A stretch of 64,000 nt of DNA from Nitrospinaceae bacterium (GTDB taxonomy: Bacteria; Nitrospinota; Nitrospinia; Nitrospinales; Nitrospinaceae), in the NCBI GenBank assembly GCA_029261395.1, contig JAJDBJ010000080.1:61516-125515 (forward strand). The letters are read 5' to 3'. A model generated the notes under the pieces. That model did no database searches and was not told where the DNA came from. It saw only the letters and a list, made by a program, of their open reading frames with translations. Positions 33,742 through 42,967 of the stretch are shown here, in pieces. A program made the position numbers and the translations under genes. Every line of letters starts with the position of its first letter. Within the stretch, counting starts at the first letter, position 1.

Positions 33742-36006
33742 TTAATGACGGCGTACTCCATACCCAATGGAAATAGGAAGGCCGTTGGTCGGGTTGAGCG
33801 GGTCCAGTAACGTCAGCTTCTGGCGCCCATCGATGCCGTCTTTAATGATCAGTTTGTCATCTTCAACCTGTATGAGGCGGTATACCGGAGAGCCATAAGC
33901 TCTGTGCATTCCTATAAGCCCCTTGTCTCCAAAATAAAGACATTGGGCCTGCGCCTTGTCTTCCATTTTGAACAGGTTGTGATCAATGGGATTGGGTTCC
34001 CGTTGGCCCACAGAAGGAGCGAAATGAGCCTTGACGGAACGGTAAGCGTTTCTGATTTCCGGTAGCGGGGTGTAGAGATAGGAGCCAGGATCGGTAATGC
34101 GGTCGATCCCGTCGATTTGAAGTTCGATGGACAGTGCATCGTTGTGCGCGTGGCCGCCGTTGCCATTTTGTCCGACAGGCCCGCAACGAATCGATAAAAA
34201 CAGTTTAGGCGAAACCATCAGATACAACCCAAAATCGGGAAAGCAGGTGTACTCCAGGCCGGATTTCAGGTTGTGCCCATGGGAGTAAATTTCGTAGATG
34301 TTGCACTGTTCAGGAGAAAGGTCGTCCAGTTTTCGCTTTCCTTCGTCCCATGAAGAATCGTTTCCAAATGTATATTTTCTGGTATCAGACATCGAGGCAT
34401 TCACATTGGAGGGTGAAACTATTAACCCACCAGCCAGGCCACTAACGACCTGAGCTTCAATGTTGACCGGTTCTGCGGAATCCGGCTGGTTTCCAAATAA
34501 AGTGTCAATAGCCCGGTCCAGATGCGAATGATCCAAGTGGTCTTCCATCCAATATTGGGTTATAGAATCAGGCTCGGCATAGTCGTGAAGATTTTGATAC
34601 AACGCACGCACTTCGCTCAATTCTGCCCTGTTGAATTTTGGGTGAAGTTTTAAGAATCTTCCGCTGTCATTGTCACCGATTTGTATGGCCTGCCCGTTGG
34701 GTTTTATGATGGCGCGGGTGAAGTTGGCAATCTGTTTCAATTGTTCGAAATGGGTCGGTGGGAGAGGGCTGGTTTGGCCCACCCCTGGAACTGAAAAAAA
34801 AGGCAATGGCGCTTTTTGATGTGTCGGTCCGAAGAAGAGTGAGATAGGTGAATAGCATTTGAGAGCTTCCCGTTTGCTATCCGGTAGCCCGAGTATGAGA
34901 GCTGTTCCGTAAAGCATCATTTCTGCAGAAAGCCGATGGTAACTGGTCGACGCTTCGAAACTGGAACCATCGGGGTGAAATTGTTCATCCATGGAGCGAA
35001 TGAGTTCCTGAACAGAAAGGGCGAGCCAGGTATCGATTTCCGGAGATCGCGGTAGGTAAGCCGAGACGAACAATAGGCCCACGATATCTGCCAGATAATG
35101 ATTACTTCTTAATGTCGGGCTCCACTCCAGGTTTTGGATGATGTGGAGGCCGTGATCATAAACCGAATTTATGAAAGCCTGTTCAAACTCCGGATCGAAG
35201 GATGCTCCCTGCGCTTTGAATAAATCGTAGGCTATCAGCCAGTTGGATACTCGGATGCCGACGTCCATGGGACAATGCCAATTGACGCCGAACCGGGGGG
35301 GATTGGTTGCGATAAAGTCAAGGATCTGATTTCTGAATTCATTGGAATAGGATTCCGGCGACTGCGCCCCTTCCGCACCTTGCAAAGCCAGGCTGTAGGC
35401 CCACGCAAGTTGGGGGAGATGCTGCATGCGCGACAACTCCCACGGGACTTTGATATCGACTCCCGGCAGAGGTACTGGAGAACAATGTAAAGCAGATTTT
35501 TTCTCCGGCCATCGATAGCCGGATTTAAAGTCGAGTTGCCAGTCGATAGGGGTGTACTCGTGTGAAACCATTCTCCAGATATTTTTAGAGTAGGATCTGT
35601 TGGATGTGTTAATTCTGTGATCCAGCCAGGCTCCCTGAGGATCTGTTTGGCAGGCTGATCCCATGGCATAGCGATAACTTTCCAAACCACGGCATTCCAT
35701 CCCATGTTTCACCTGGACCCATCCGGAACCCAGCAGGTCAAAGGTGTGGTTCAAATAGAGATCAGCGAGAGACAGGGTTTGCTCTGAATCGGTGATTAGA
35801 GCATCCAGCGATGGCTTCTTTAAGAAAGTATCAAGTGGAGTCGATGTTTGTGAGTATCTCCGGGTATAGGTGGAACGCAAATAATCCAGTTTTTGGACAA
35901 CGTTCGATTGCCATCGGCGGTGAATCAAGCGTAGGATTTTCTGCAGAATGATTCGGGGAGGCTGAGATAGAATCGTTTTTATGATTTGTTTCAATTTCAA
36001 GGGCAC
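33742..36006 (-). CDS. Heparinase II/III-like (alginate-lyase-fold) protein
   Basis: RSNHYLADIVGL in the toroid part and GGHAHNDALSIEL in the C-terminal Hepar_II_III domain. 754 aa. Confidence 0.82.
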   Translation of the reverse strand: MPLKLKQIIKTILSQPPRIILQKILRLIHRRWQSNVVQKLDYLRSTYTRRYSQTSTPLDTFLKKPSLDALITDSEQTLSLADLYLNHTFDLLGSGWVQVKHGMECRGLESYRYAMGSACQTDPQGAWLDHRINTSNRSYSKNIWRMVSHEYTPIDWQLDFKSGYRWPEKKSALHCSPVPLPGVDIKVPWELSRMQHLPQLAWAYSLALQGAEGAQSPESYSNEFRNQILDFIATNPPRFGVNWHCPMDVGIRVSNWLIAYDLFKAQGASFDPEFEQAFINSVYDHGLHIIQNLEWSPTLRSNHYLADIVGLLFVSAYLPRSPEIDTWLALSVQELIRSMDEQFHPDGSSFEASTSYHRLSAEMMLYGTALILGLPDSKREALKCYSPISLFFGPTHQKAPLPFFSVPGVGQTSPLPPTHFEQLKQIANFTRAIIKPNGQAIQIGDNDSGRFLKLHPKFNRAELSEVRALYQNLHDYAEPDSITQYWMEDHLDHSHLDRAIDTLFGNQPDSAEPVNIEAQVVSGLAGGLIVSPSNVNASMSDTRKYTFGNDSSWDEGKRKLDDLSPEQCNIYEIYSHGHNLKSGLEYTCFPDFGLYLMVSPKLFLSIRCGPVGQNGNGGHAHNDALSIELQIDGIDRITDPGSYLYTPLPEIRNAYRSVKAHFAPSVGQREPNPIDHNLFKMEDKAQAQCLYFGDKGLIGMHRAYGSPVYRLIQVEDDKLIIKDGIDGRQKLTLLDPLNPTNGLPISIGYGVRRH

Positions 36007-37568
36007 CGCTCCTTTAGTTTCTCGATGATTTTTCGCGTGTGCTCCTTCCAGGTGTATTTAGCGACTACCTCGCGTCGCGCGGCTTCACCCAGGCGTTGGC
36101 TTGTTTCCGGATTGTCGATCATAGTTTTAAGGCCGAACATCAAGGATTCAGCATCGCCTGGTTTGACCAGCCAGGCCGTATGATCGTGTTGGAGAACTTC
36201 GCCGATTTGATCGAGGTCGGAGGCGATAATGCCCGTACCCATAGCCATGTATTCGAAAAGTTTGGTAGGCGACCCGAAGAAAGGAGTTCCGTCGGGATTG
36301 GGGACATGAGGTGAAGCCAGTAGATCGCAGGCCGCCAAATACGCCGGTCCTTCTTCTTGAGGAACTGTCCCGGTAAGAATGGCATTGCCCGCAGTATTGA
36401 AATATTCAATTTCATTTTTGACCAGCGGCATAGTCACTCCATCGCCAATCATGAGAAGCTGGGTGGTTTTCCGATAGTCGGGGTAAGTTTTAATCAACAG
36501 GCCATAAGCCCTTGCTAATATTTCGGCACCATGCCATTTACCAAAAGTGCCGATAAACCCGATCACTGTTTTGTTTTCCAGGTCAAATTTCTTCTTAATT
36601 TCTGAGTCGCCTTGAGTTGGAGAATAACGTTCGGGATCGACCCCGTTGGGATTGATCAGGATTTTATCAGGATCGACACCGCTTTCCACCAAGTGATTCT
36701 TCAGTGGTTGGCTGACGACGACCACCACATCGGCCGTTTTTGTATTCAAATTTTCAATTTGCTCCGCCAGGGTTGGATGCTTCAAGCTTTTAGTCCAGTG
36801 CTGTCCAATCCATACTTCTGACCCGTTGTATTCAACAACAAGGGGTACTTTGTAATGGTTTGCGAGTTTGGCACCCGTGTAATTATGTAATGAATAACGC
36901 TGGTATATAAAAGAAATAGCGATATTGGAAAGTAAATGATTACGTTGATCCAAGATAAAGCGATTCAAATAAACTTGGGGCAATTCAGTAAAATTGTTGA
37001 AGGGTTTTCCCGGGTTGATGATTTTGCATGATAATTCAGGGCGAACCAGAGGGATGGCTTGCGTTGTGACGATCAGGGGTTTTCCGGCAAAATGATCCAG
37101 ATTGTTGAATACGCCGGCAACATGACTGATTGAACCGCCTGCGGGCAAATCAAAAATTGAATCAGTGCGTAGATAAACCGGGGTTTTTGTCAGATCCAAT
37201 TTATGCGGGAAACTTTGGTTCATTTGACTCGTCTGAATTCCTTTAATCTCTGACCGAGTCTTTCTAAGCAATGAGGGAATAGCGAAGTAATCTTTTATGA
37301 AATCTATCAACAGGGATAGGAGTCGAGAGAATGAAACGGGCGTTATGTTTCCGCATCTATCAATGATTTCACATCGCCTTCTGCTCAGTAAGCGTAGCAG
37401 TGTGGAAGTGATGAGAGGGCGTTGGAGGTTTTCCAGTTGATAGGTTTTGAGTTGCACATGAGAAAATCGAAAAGCATTTTCAAAAAAGGTTTTCTCCAGG
37501 ACCATTTTCCTGATTTCCTGGAAGGAGAAAATTTTGGCTTTGCCTGATAACTTTGGAGTTGGGTTCAT
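35997..37568 (-). CDS. GT4-family glycosyltransferase with an N-terminal extension of about 170 aa
   Basis: Start set at the ATG at 37568, 1 nt after the methyltransferase stop. GT-B C-terminal motif FFGSPTKLFEYMAMGTGIIAS. Confidence 0.82.
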   Translation of the reverse strand: MNPTPKLSGKAKIFSFQEIRKMVLEKTFFENAFRFSHVQLKTYQLENLQRPLITSTLLRLLSRRRCEIIDRCGNITPVSFSRLLSLLIDFIKDYFAIPSLLRKTRSEIKGIQTSQMNQSFPHKLDLTKTPVYLRTDSIFDLPAGGSISHVAGVFNNLDHFAGKPLIVTTQAIPLVRPELSCKIINPGKPFNNFTELPQVYLNRFILDQRNHLLSNIAISFIYQRYSLHNYTGAKLANHYKVPLVVEYNGSEVWIGQHWTKSLKHPTLAEQIENLNTKTADVVVVVSQPLKNHLVESGVDPDKILINPNGVDPERYSPTQGDSEIKKKFDLENKTVIGFIGTFGKWHGAEILARAYGLLIKTYPDYRKTTQLLMIGDGVTMPLVKNEIEYFNTAGNAILTGTVPQEEGPAYLAACDLLASPHVPNPDGTPFFGSPTKLFEYMAMGTGIIASDLDQIGEVLQHDHTAWLVKPGDAESLMFGLKTMIDNPETSQRLGEAARREVVAKYTWKEHTRKIIEKLKERCP

Positions 37569-37569
37569 G

Positions 37570-38412
37570 TCAGCTTGTTTGTGCGATAACCAGCATGTTT
37601 GAGGAGAGAGTCCGAATAAAAGGGATCGTGTTCCTCGTGTCATAGTAAACAGTGGATTTGAAATTCCTTTTTGAAAGAAAGGAACTTAGTTGTGAATAGC
37701 TCTTAATGTTAATGTGAACTTGATCGTAATAAATTTGATCTATCGTTCTCGTCAGCCCTCTCCACTTCTTGAATATTTCAAGGTATACCGTATGGAGGCG
37801 AGTGAAGAAACTGTAGTCAGTTTGATTGCAAAGTGCGAGACCGTTTGGTGTGTGAATAATAATCTCTCCCGATGGTTTGAGCAGGATTGAAAGTTTGTCG
37901 AATAAAGCATCGAGTTCGGTGTCGCATAGATGTTCGGTGACATCGTTTAATACGATAAAGTCGAAATGTTCTATAGTGGAAAAAGACGAGATGTCTTTGT
38001 TGTAAAAATTGCATGGAAGGCTTGAATCCCGCGCTCTTGCTTTTGCGGAGTCAATGGCTGATGGTGAATGATCAATTCCTGTGGCAAGTTTTAAGCCTGA
38101 GGTCGCAACGGCCAGAACAAAATCCCCGTTACCACACCCCAGATCCAACAAGGTCGAGTCGCTTTTGACTTTTGGTTTTATATAATTGTACGAATATCTG
38201 TTGTAGATGTTGATTTTGTATCGACCTTCTACCATTTCGTGGGTGGTGTGATTGCTTATTATTTTAAAATATTCCTCATCGTAGAGATCTATCACGTCTT
38301 GGCTGGTGAGCTTTTTGCAGTATTTTAAGAAAAATCGATTCAACAGGGTGGAGGCTTCCGGTTGGCCGATTTTTTGTATGATGTTGGCGATTTGTTCGCG
38401 GGTCAGGTACAT
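37570..38412 (-). CDS. Class I SAM-dependent methyltransferase
   Basis: Motif I LLDLGCGNGDF and post-I acidic residue. 280 aa. Confidence 0.85.
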   Translation of the reverse strand: MYLTREQIANIIQKIGQPEASTLLNRFFLKYCKKLTSQDVIDLYDEEYFKIISNHTTHEMVEGRYKINIYNRYSYNYIKPKVKSDSTLLDLGCGNGDFVLAVATSGLKLATGIDHSPSAIDSAKARARDSSLPCNFYNKDISSFSTIEHFDFIVLNDVTEHLCDTELDALFDKLSILLKPSGEIIIHTPNGLALCNQTDYSFFTRLHTVYLEIFKKWRGLTRTIDQIYYDQVHINIKSYSQLSSFLSKRNFKSTVYYDTRNTIPFIRTLSSNMLVIAQTS

Positions 38413-38555
38413 GGGATGCTTTGATTTAAATGTTTTAGGCCCTTATAAGGATCTAATTGATAGCATGCTCAGAGTTAGTATAACGCTAAAACTCCGGGCT
38501 TAATTGATGAATTTGTCATCTATGCATGTTTGGAATTTTAGTGGGTCTTTAAAAA

Positions 38556-39836
38556 TTAAGTTGGTGTGACGTTCGGAAGGTCTTTGGTTTTGCGCGCTTT
38601 TATGAAAATGGATATCGCTACAAGCGAATAACTCAGGGAAGAGGCCATCGCCGCCCCGGAAATACCCTGGCCCGCCAATTTGATGAATATATAGTTGAGA
38701 AGGATATTTAAAAAGCATCCGGCAAAGGACGCTTTTGCTAAAAAGGATGCCATTCCCAGGTTGTAGGTCAGCATGTTCGAAACCACTTTGGACGTCGACC
38801 AGGCGATGATGCCGGGGATAAGAATGATTAATGGCAAAATGCTGCCCTTAAAGAGTGTGCCATATAATCCAAGAATAAGAGGGTAAGCCAGAAGTGCGAG
38901 AGCGGCTCCAGAAATCAGGCTGATTTTTAATTGGGTTTTGAAAACGGCATTGGTTATTTTGTAGCTTTTGGATGAGGGTGATGAGGCGATTTTATAAAAA
39001 GCCGCTGAAATCAAAGCCTGATCCAAAAAGAACAACATTTCGGCCCAGCGCACACTCACCGTATATATCCCCACCGCCCCGGTTCCGAGCCAGTAAGCAA
39101 TCATAGTTTGATCAATCTTAAAATGCAGGAGGTTGGCCAGTACGCCTGCGTATATTACGATTCCATATTTTAGGGAATCCTTACCGAGTTTGAAGCTTGG
39201 GGTAAAGCCGTTGGCCTGGGAATTGAGAGTCCAAAAGGAAATGGCTGAACTGAATAGAAGTAATATCAGAGCCCAAATGATGACGTGGGTGGAGCTCAGA
39301 ATATTAGTGGACCAAAGGATTATTACTGCGGCGAGATTGATCGCTGAAAAGTATAAACTCAATCTATGGAAATCTACCGCCCGGTTGATACCGGTCATGA
39401 TGTTTTCCCAGATCAATTTGTAAAAGGTGAGAGGAGAAACCGCGAAAGCTAAAAGAAGAATCCAATCTTCCAGGCCCGGAAAAACTTTTCGCCACAAAGA
39501 GAGGGTGAGGTACCCCACACCCAAAGCCGCAAGACCTGCCCAAAGTGAATAGACCAGGCCCGTCCCATGAACTTCTTTCAGCGGTCGTCCTTTGTTGGTT
39601 AAGTGATACAAGAGGCCGTTGCTGACTCCCAACATTCCTATTTCGGCAATAAGTCCGGTGATCAATGTGAAGAGATCGATGACTCCTTTGTGCTCTGGTC
39701 CCAGGACTCGCGCGATGATTACGTTTCCTGCCAAAAGGAGCAAGAGGGCGCAGGATCGTAATAAAAATATATCCTTGGCGTCTTTCATCAACGAGGATTT
39801 ACCAATAAAGGCGCGGAATCGTTGGCTTAAAGTCAT
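38556..39836 (-). CDS. Polysaccharide/oligosaccharide flippase (Wzx-like, MOP superfamily)
   Basis: 426 aa, about 12 hydrophobic helices, with the N-terminal pattern typical of polysaccharide biosynthesis proteins. Confidence 0.75.
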   Translation of the reverse strand: MTLSQRFRAFIGKSSLMKDAKDIFLLRSCALLLLLAGNVIIARVLGPEHKGVIDLFTLITGLIAEIGMLGVSNGLLYHLTNKGRPLKEVHGTGLVYSLWAGLAALGVGYLTLSLWRKVFPGLEDWILLLAFAVSPLTFYKLIWENIMTGINRAVDFHRLSLYFSAINLAAVIILWSTNILSSTHVIIWALILLLFSSAISFWTLNSQANGFTPSFKLGKDSLKYGIVIYAGVLANLLHFKIDQTMIAYWLGTGAVGIYTVSVRWAEMLFFLDQALISAAFYKIASSPSSKSYKITNAVFKTQLKISLISGAALALLAYPLILGLYGTLFKGSILPLIILIPGIIAWSTSKVVSNMLTYNLGMASFLAKASFAGCFLNILLNYIFIKLAGQGISGAAMASSLSYSLVAISIFIKARKTKDLPNVTPT

Positions 39837-40921
39837 GAGTTAATACTGATAACGCTTAAAATGGATTGAAGGTTCTGTTGGGCTTCTCGTTTGAATATTT
39901 CCTGAAAACTTTTGAGGTCGGGATTGTGCTGTTCATATAAAATTTTGTAAAGCTGGGTTTGTAGTTGGTTCGCATCATGTGGATCGTACAAAGACATGCC
40001 TCGTGTTTCACCTGTATTTGTGGCCAATACAGGTGTTCCGCACAGTATGGATTCAACCTTGCAAAGCCCATAGGACTCTTCCGTTGTAGCTCTCACAAAG
40101 ACATCGCTGGCTTTTAATACCTGAAGGGTTTGTGGGTGTGGCAAGTCAGTGAATGCGTGTGCCCAGTCTCGACCTCTCAACAAGTCGTTCCGATAGTCAC
40201 TGTCTTTTATGAATCCTCCGGCAATCATGACTAAATGAATATCGAGGTCATGCTGGTTTCTTAAATTCTCAACGGCATTCATTATTTGTTTGAAACCATA
40301 ATTATTGATGAATGCTCCCATCGTACATACCCGCTTGTCGCAGGTAGGAAGTGTGTCTTGGATGGATTGAGGTAGCTCGGTTTCTATATCCAGATCTTTA
40401 GAAGGTAGAAGGCTGGTGATCTTATGAATATCCAATTTTGAAGGAGAAAGGTGTTTTGCCCAGTTAAAAAGTGTTTGGTTAACAGTGAGTACTCTATCGT
40501 AAGACCGTAGTGATAGTCTGAGTAAAAATTTTTGGAAGAAACCGAATGTTTGGTATCGGGCAGGCAGGGTCCCGTCATGAATTATTTTAATCCATTTGAA
40601 TTTCAAAAAAGGTTTTAAAATAACCCAGACCAAAACTGATTTGAAATTCGGGTACTCCGCTGACGAAACGGTCGAATCCAGGATTGTTTTTGTTGCGGCG
40701 TGATTGAGAAGGAACTTGATATTGCCGATCAGGCCGGATTTTAAAAAGTTTATGTGCTGATCTTCTTCGCAAAGCTCGGCATTTGTCCATAGTTCCGTAT
40801 TGCTGTGTTCCCCTCTGATCGCCTCAAATAAGTTTTTATTGAAAATGGCCACTCCACCGTAGGGAGGGGGATAGGGGCCCAGTATGATAAGGCTATCGCT
40901 TGTGTCGTGCCTTGAGCTCAC
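39833..40921 (-). CDS. GT4/GT1-family glycosyltransferase
   Basis: GT-B C-terminal motif VFVRATTEESYGLCKVESILCGTPVLAT. The downstream flippase ATG overlaps this gene's stop by 4 nt. Confidence 0.8.
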   Translation of the reverse strand: MSSRHDTSDSLIILGPYPPPYGGVAIFNKNLFEAIRGEHSNTELWTNAELCEEDQHINFLKSGLIGNIKFLLNHAATKTILDSTVSSAEYPNFKSVLVWVILKPFLKFKWIKIIHDGTLPARYQTFGFFQKFLLRLSLRSYDRVLTVNQTLFNWAKHLSPSKLDIHKITSLLPSKDLDIETELPQSIQDTLPTCDKRVCTMGAFINNYGFKQIMNAVENLRNQHDLDIHLVMIAGGFIKDSDYRNDLLRGRDWAHAFTDLPHPQTLQVLKASDVFVRATTEESYGLCKVESILCGTPVLATNTGETRGMSLYDPHDANQLQTQLYKILYEQHNPDLKSFQEIFKREAQQNLQSILSVISINS

Positions 40922-40971
40922 TTGCTCTCCAGATGAAATTAGAGGGTATTTACAGTATAAAGGGGGCGAGG

Positions 40972-42870
40972 CTAATTAAAATATTTTTTCCACCAGAGAG
41001 CTAAATTGAACAGATACCAAACTTGCGCGGTTTCTCGATTTTCCATGAGCTCTTCCACTATTTTAAAATTTAAATAGTCGGTTTTATCAGTGAACTCCTT
41101 TAATTCGTCGATGACGCGTTTCCCCAGCCGGTCCAGAAACCATTCGTGAATGGGAACACCGAATCCCTGTTTTTTGCGGTCGATTAACTTGTCGGGTATC
41201 AGGCCGCGGACCGATTTTTTAAGGATGTGTTTCAAATTCCCATTTTTTGTTTTAACGGATTCGGGGATGCTCATCGCCAACTCGACAAGCTTGTGGTCCA
41301 GGAAAGGCACCCGGCCTTCCAGGCTGACGCCCATGCTCATTTTATCCACTCGCATCAACAACAGTTCGGGTAGACGGAGATTAAGATCCACATAGCTCAT
41401 CCACTGGAGCGGTTTCTGTTCCCATGCCTTTTGGCGGAAACGGTCATGTATTGGTTTCAGAGCTTCCCATGATGAAAAGTCTTTGAATCGTTTTTTGAGA
41501 CGTGGAGAAAGAATATCTTTTTTTTGCGCTTCGGTGAAAGCTTCGGCACCACCCCAGAACACGGGGAGATTATGAGCACCTCGTCGAAGCCATTCATAAT
41601 ATAAAGTCTTCTCGCGACCCAGCAGGCGCAGTCCGGCGAGGCCGAGTTTTTTAAGAGGGGCGGGTACAGGCCATGCGTTTTTGTATTCCAGTTCCAGCAT
41701 CAGCTTCCAGTTTGGGTAACCCCAGAACAATTCATCGGCACCTTCTCCCACCTGGCAGACTGTGACGCCATTATCGCGGGCCAGTTTGGAAACGTAGTAC
41801 ACGGGAACACATACCGGGTCGGCGATAGGCTCGTCCTGCAGGTGAATCATTTCCGGCAAAAAATCGATCAAGTCATCCACGGTGAGCAAACGGTCATGAA
41901 ACTCGGCTCCCACTTCCTCGGCCATGTACCGGGCAAAATGGATTTCATTTTGATAGCTTCCATATTCTCCTTCGTAGCCGATAGAAAAGGTGCGGATGGG
42001 TCGCGATTCCCCTTCGGAAAATAAAGCCGCGTTGGTGCTGGAGTCGATGCCGCCGGAGAGGAACACACCGACCGGCACATCGCTTACTTTTCGGAGCTGA
42101 ACGGCGGTTCGCAGTTCTTCCAGTATGCGCTCGCTGATTTCATCTTCTGATACATCGGTAAGAGGACTTGTGTGATCCAATACGTCCCAGTATTTATGTT
42201 CCTGAACCGTTCCGTCCGCGGTTACGCGTAACCAGGTGCCGGGAGCTAGTTTGTGTATCCCATCGAACAGGGTTTGGGGGCCGGGTGTGGTCAGAAATGA
42301 AAGGTAATGGTAAAGCGCTTCCTCATTCACCGCCCGTTGCTGTTCAGGGTCCTCCAGAAGGGCCTTGATTTCTGAAGCGAAGGTGAGACGCTCATTATGA
42401 ATGCTGTAATACAAAGGCTTGATGCCAATGCGGTCGCGGACCAGGTACAATTCTTTTTTGCGGTCATCCCACAGTCCAAAGGCAAACATGCCGCGGAATT
42501 TGTGAAGCGCATCGATCCCCCATCGCTCATAAGCGTGAAGGATGACCTCGGTGTCGGAGTGATCGGTTTTCCATTGACTGAAACCGTCGTTTATTAATTC
42601 GGATCGAATTTCGGCGTGATTGTAAATTTCGCCATTGAAGGTGAGCCATAGCGACCGATCTGCATTGCACATGGGTTGTGCCGCCGCTTCTGATAAATCA
42701 ATGATGGACAAACGCCTGTGACCGAAGCCAATCTTCCCGTCGTCAGAAATCCAGGTGCCACAACCATCGGGACCCCGATGAATCATGGTGTCTCTCATGC
42801 GCTCAATATAATCCTTTTGGATTTTATACGAGCTGTTTTTAAGCGCAATGGCACCGACTATTCCGCACAT
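40972..42870 (-). CDS. asnB: Asparagine synthase (glutamine-hydrolysing) paralogue, probable sugar amidotransferase
   Basis: N-terminal nucleophile MCGIVG and PP-loop-like FLSGGIDSS. 632 aa. Confidence 0.9.
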   Translation of the reverse strand: MCGIVGAIALKNSSYKIQKDYIERMRDTMIHRGPDGCGTWISDDGKIGFGHRRLSIIDLSEAAAQPMCNADRSLWLTFNGEIYNHAEIRSELINDGFSQWKTDHSDTEVILHAYERWGIDALHKFRGMFAFGLWDDRKKELYLVRDRIGIKPLYYSIHNERLTFASEIKALLEDPEQQRAVNEEALYHYLSFLTTPGPQTLFDGIHKLAPGTWLRVTADGTVQEHKYWDVLDHTSPLTDVSEDEISERILEELRTAVQLRKVSDVPVGVFLSGGIDSSTNAALFSEGESRPIRTFSIGYEGEYGSYQNEIHFARYMAEEVGAEFHDRLLTVDDLIDFLPEMIHLQDEPIADPVCVPVYYVSKLARDNGVTVCQVGEGADELFWGYPNWKLMLELEYKNAWPVPAPLKKLGLAGLRLLGREKTLYYEWLRRGAHNLPVFWGGAEAFTEAQKKDILSPRLKKRFKDFSSWEALKPIHDRFRQKAWEQKPLQWMSYVDLNLRLPELLLMRVDKMSMGVSLEGRVPFLDHKLVELAMSIPESVKTKNGNLKHILKKSVRGLIPDKLIDRKKQGFGVPIHEWFLDRLGKRVIDELKEFTDKTDYLNFKIVEELMENRETAQVWYLFNLALWWKKYFN

Positions 42871-42967
42871 GAGTCAGGTTAGGGGTTGAAGGTTAGCGAG
42901 ATTGAGTTCAAATGAAAACTCTGGATGTGCCGGGTTAATATGAAGCGTTCTGAGGAGAGAACCCGAA

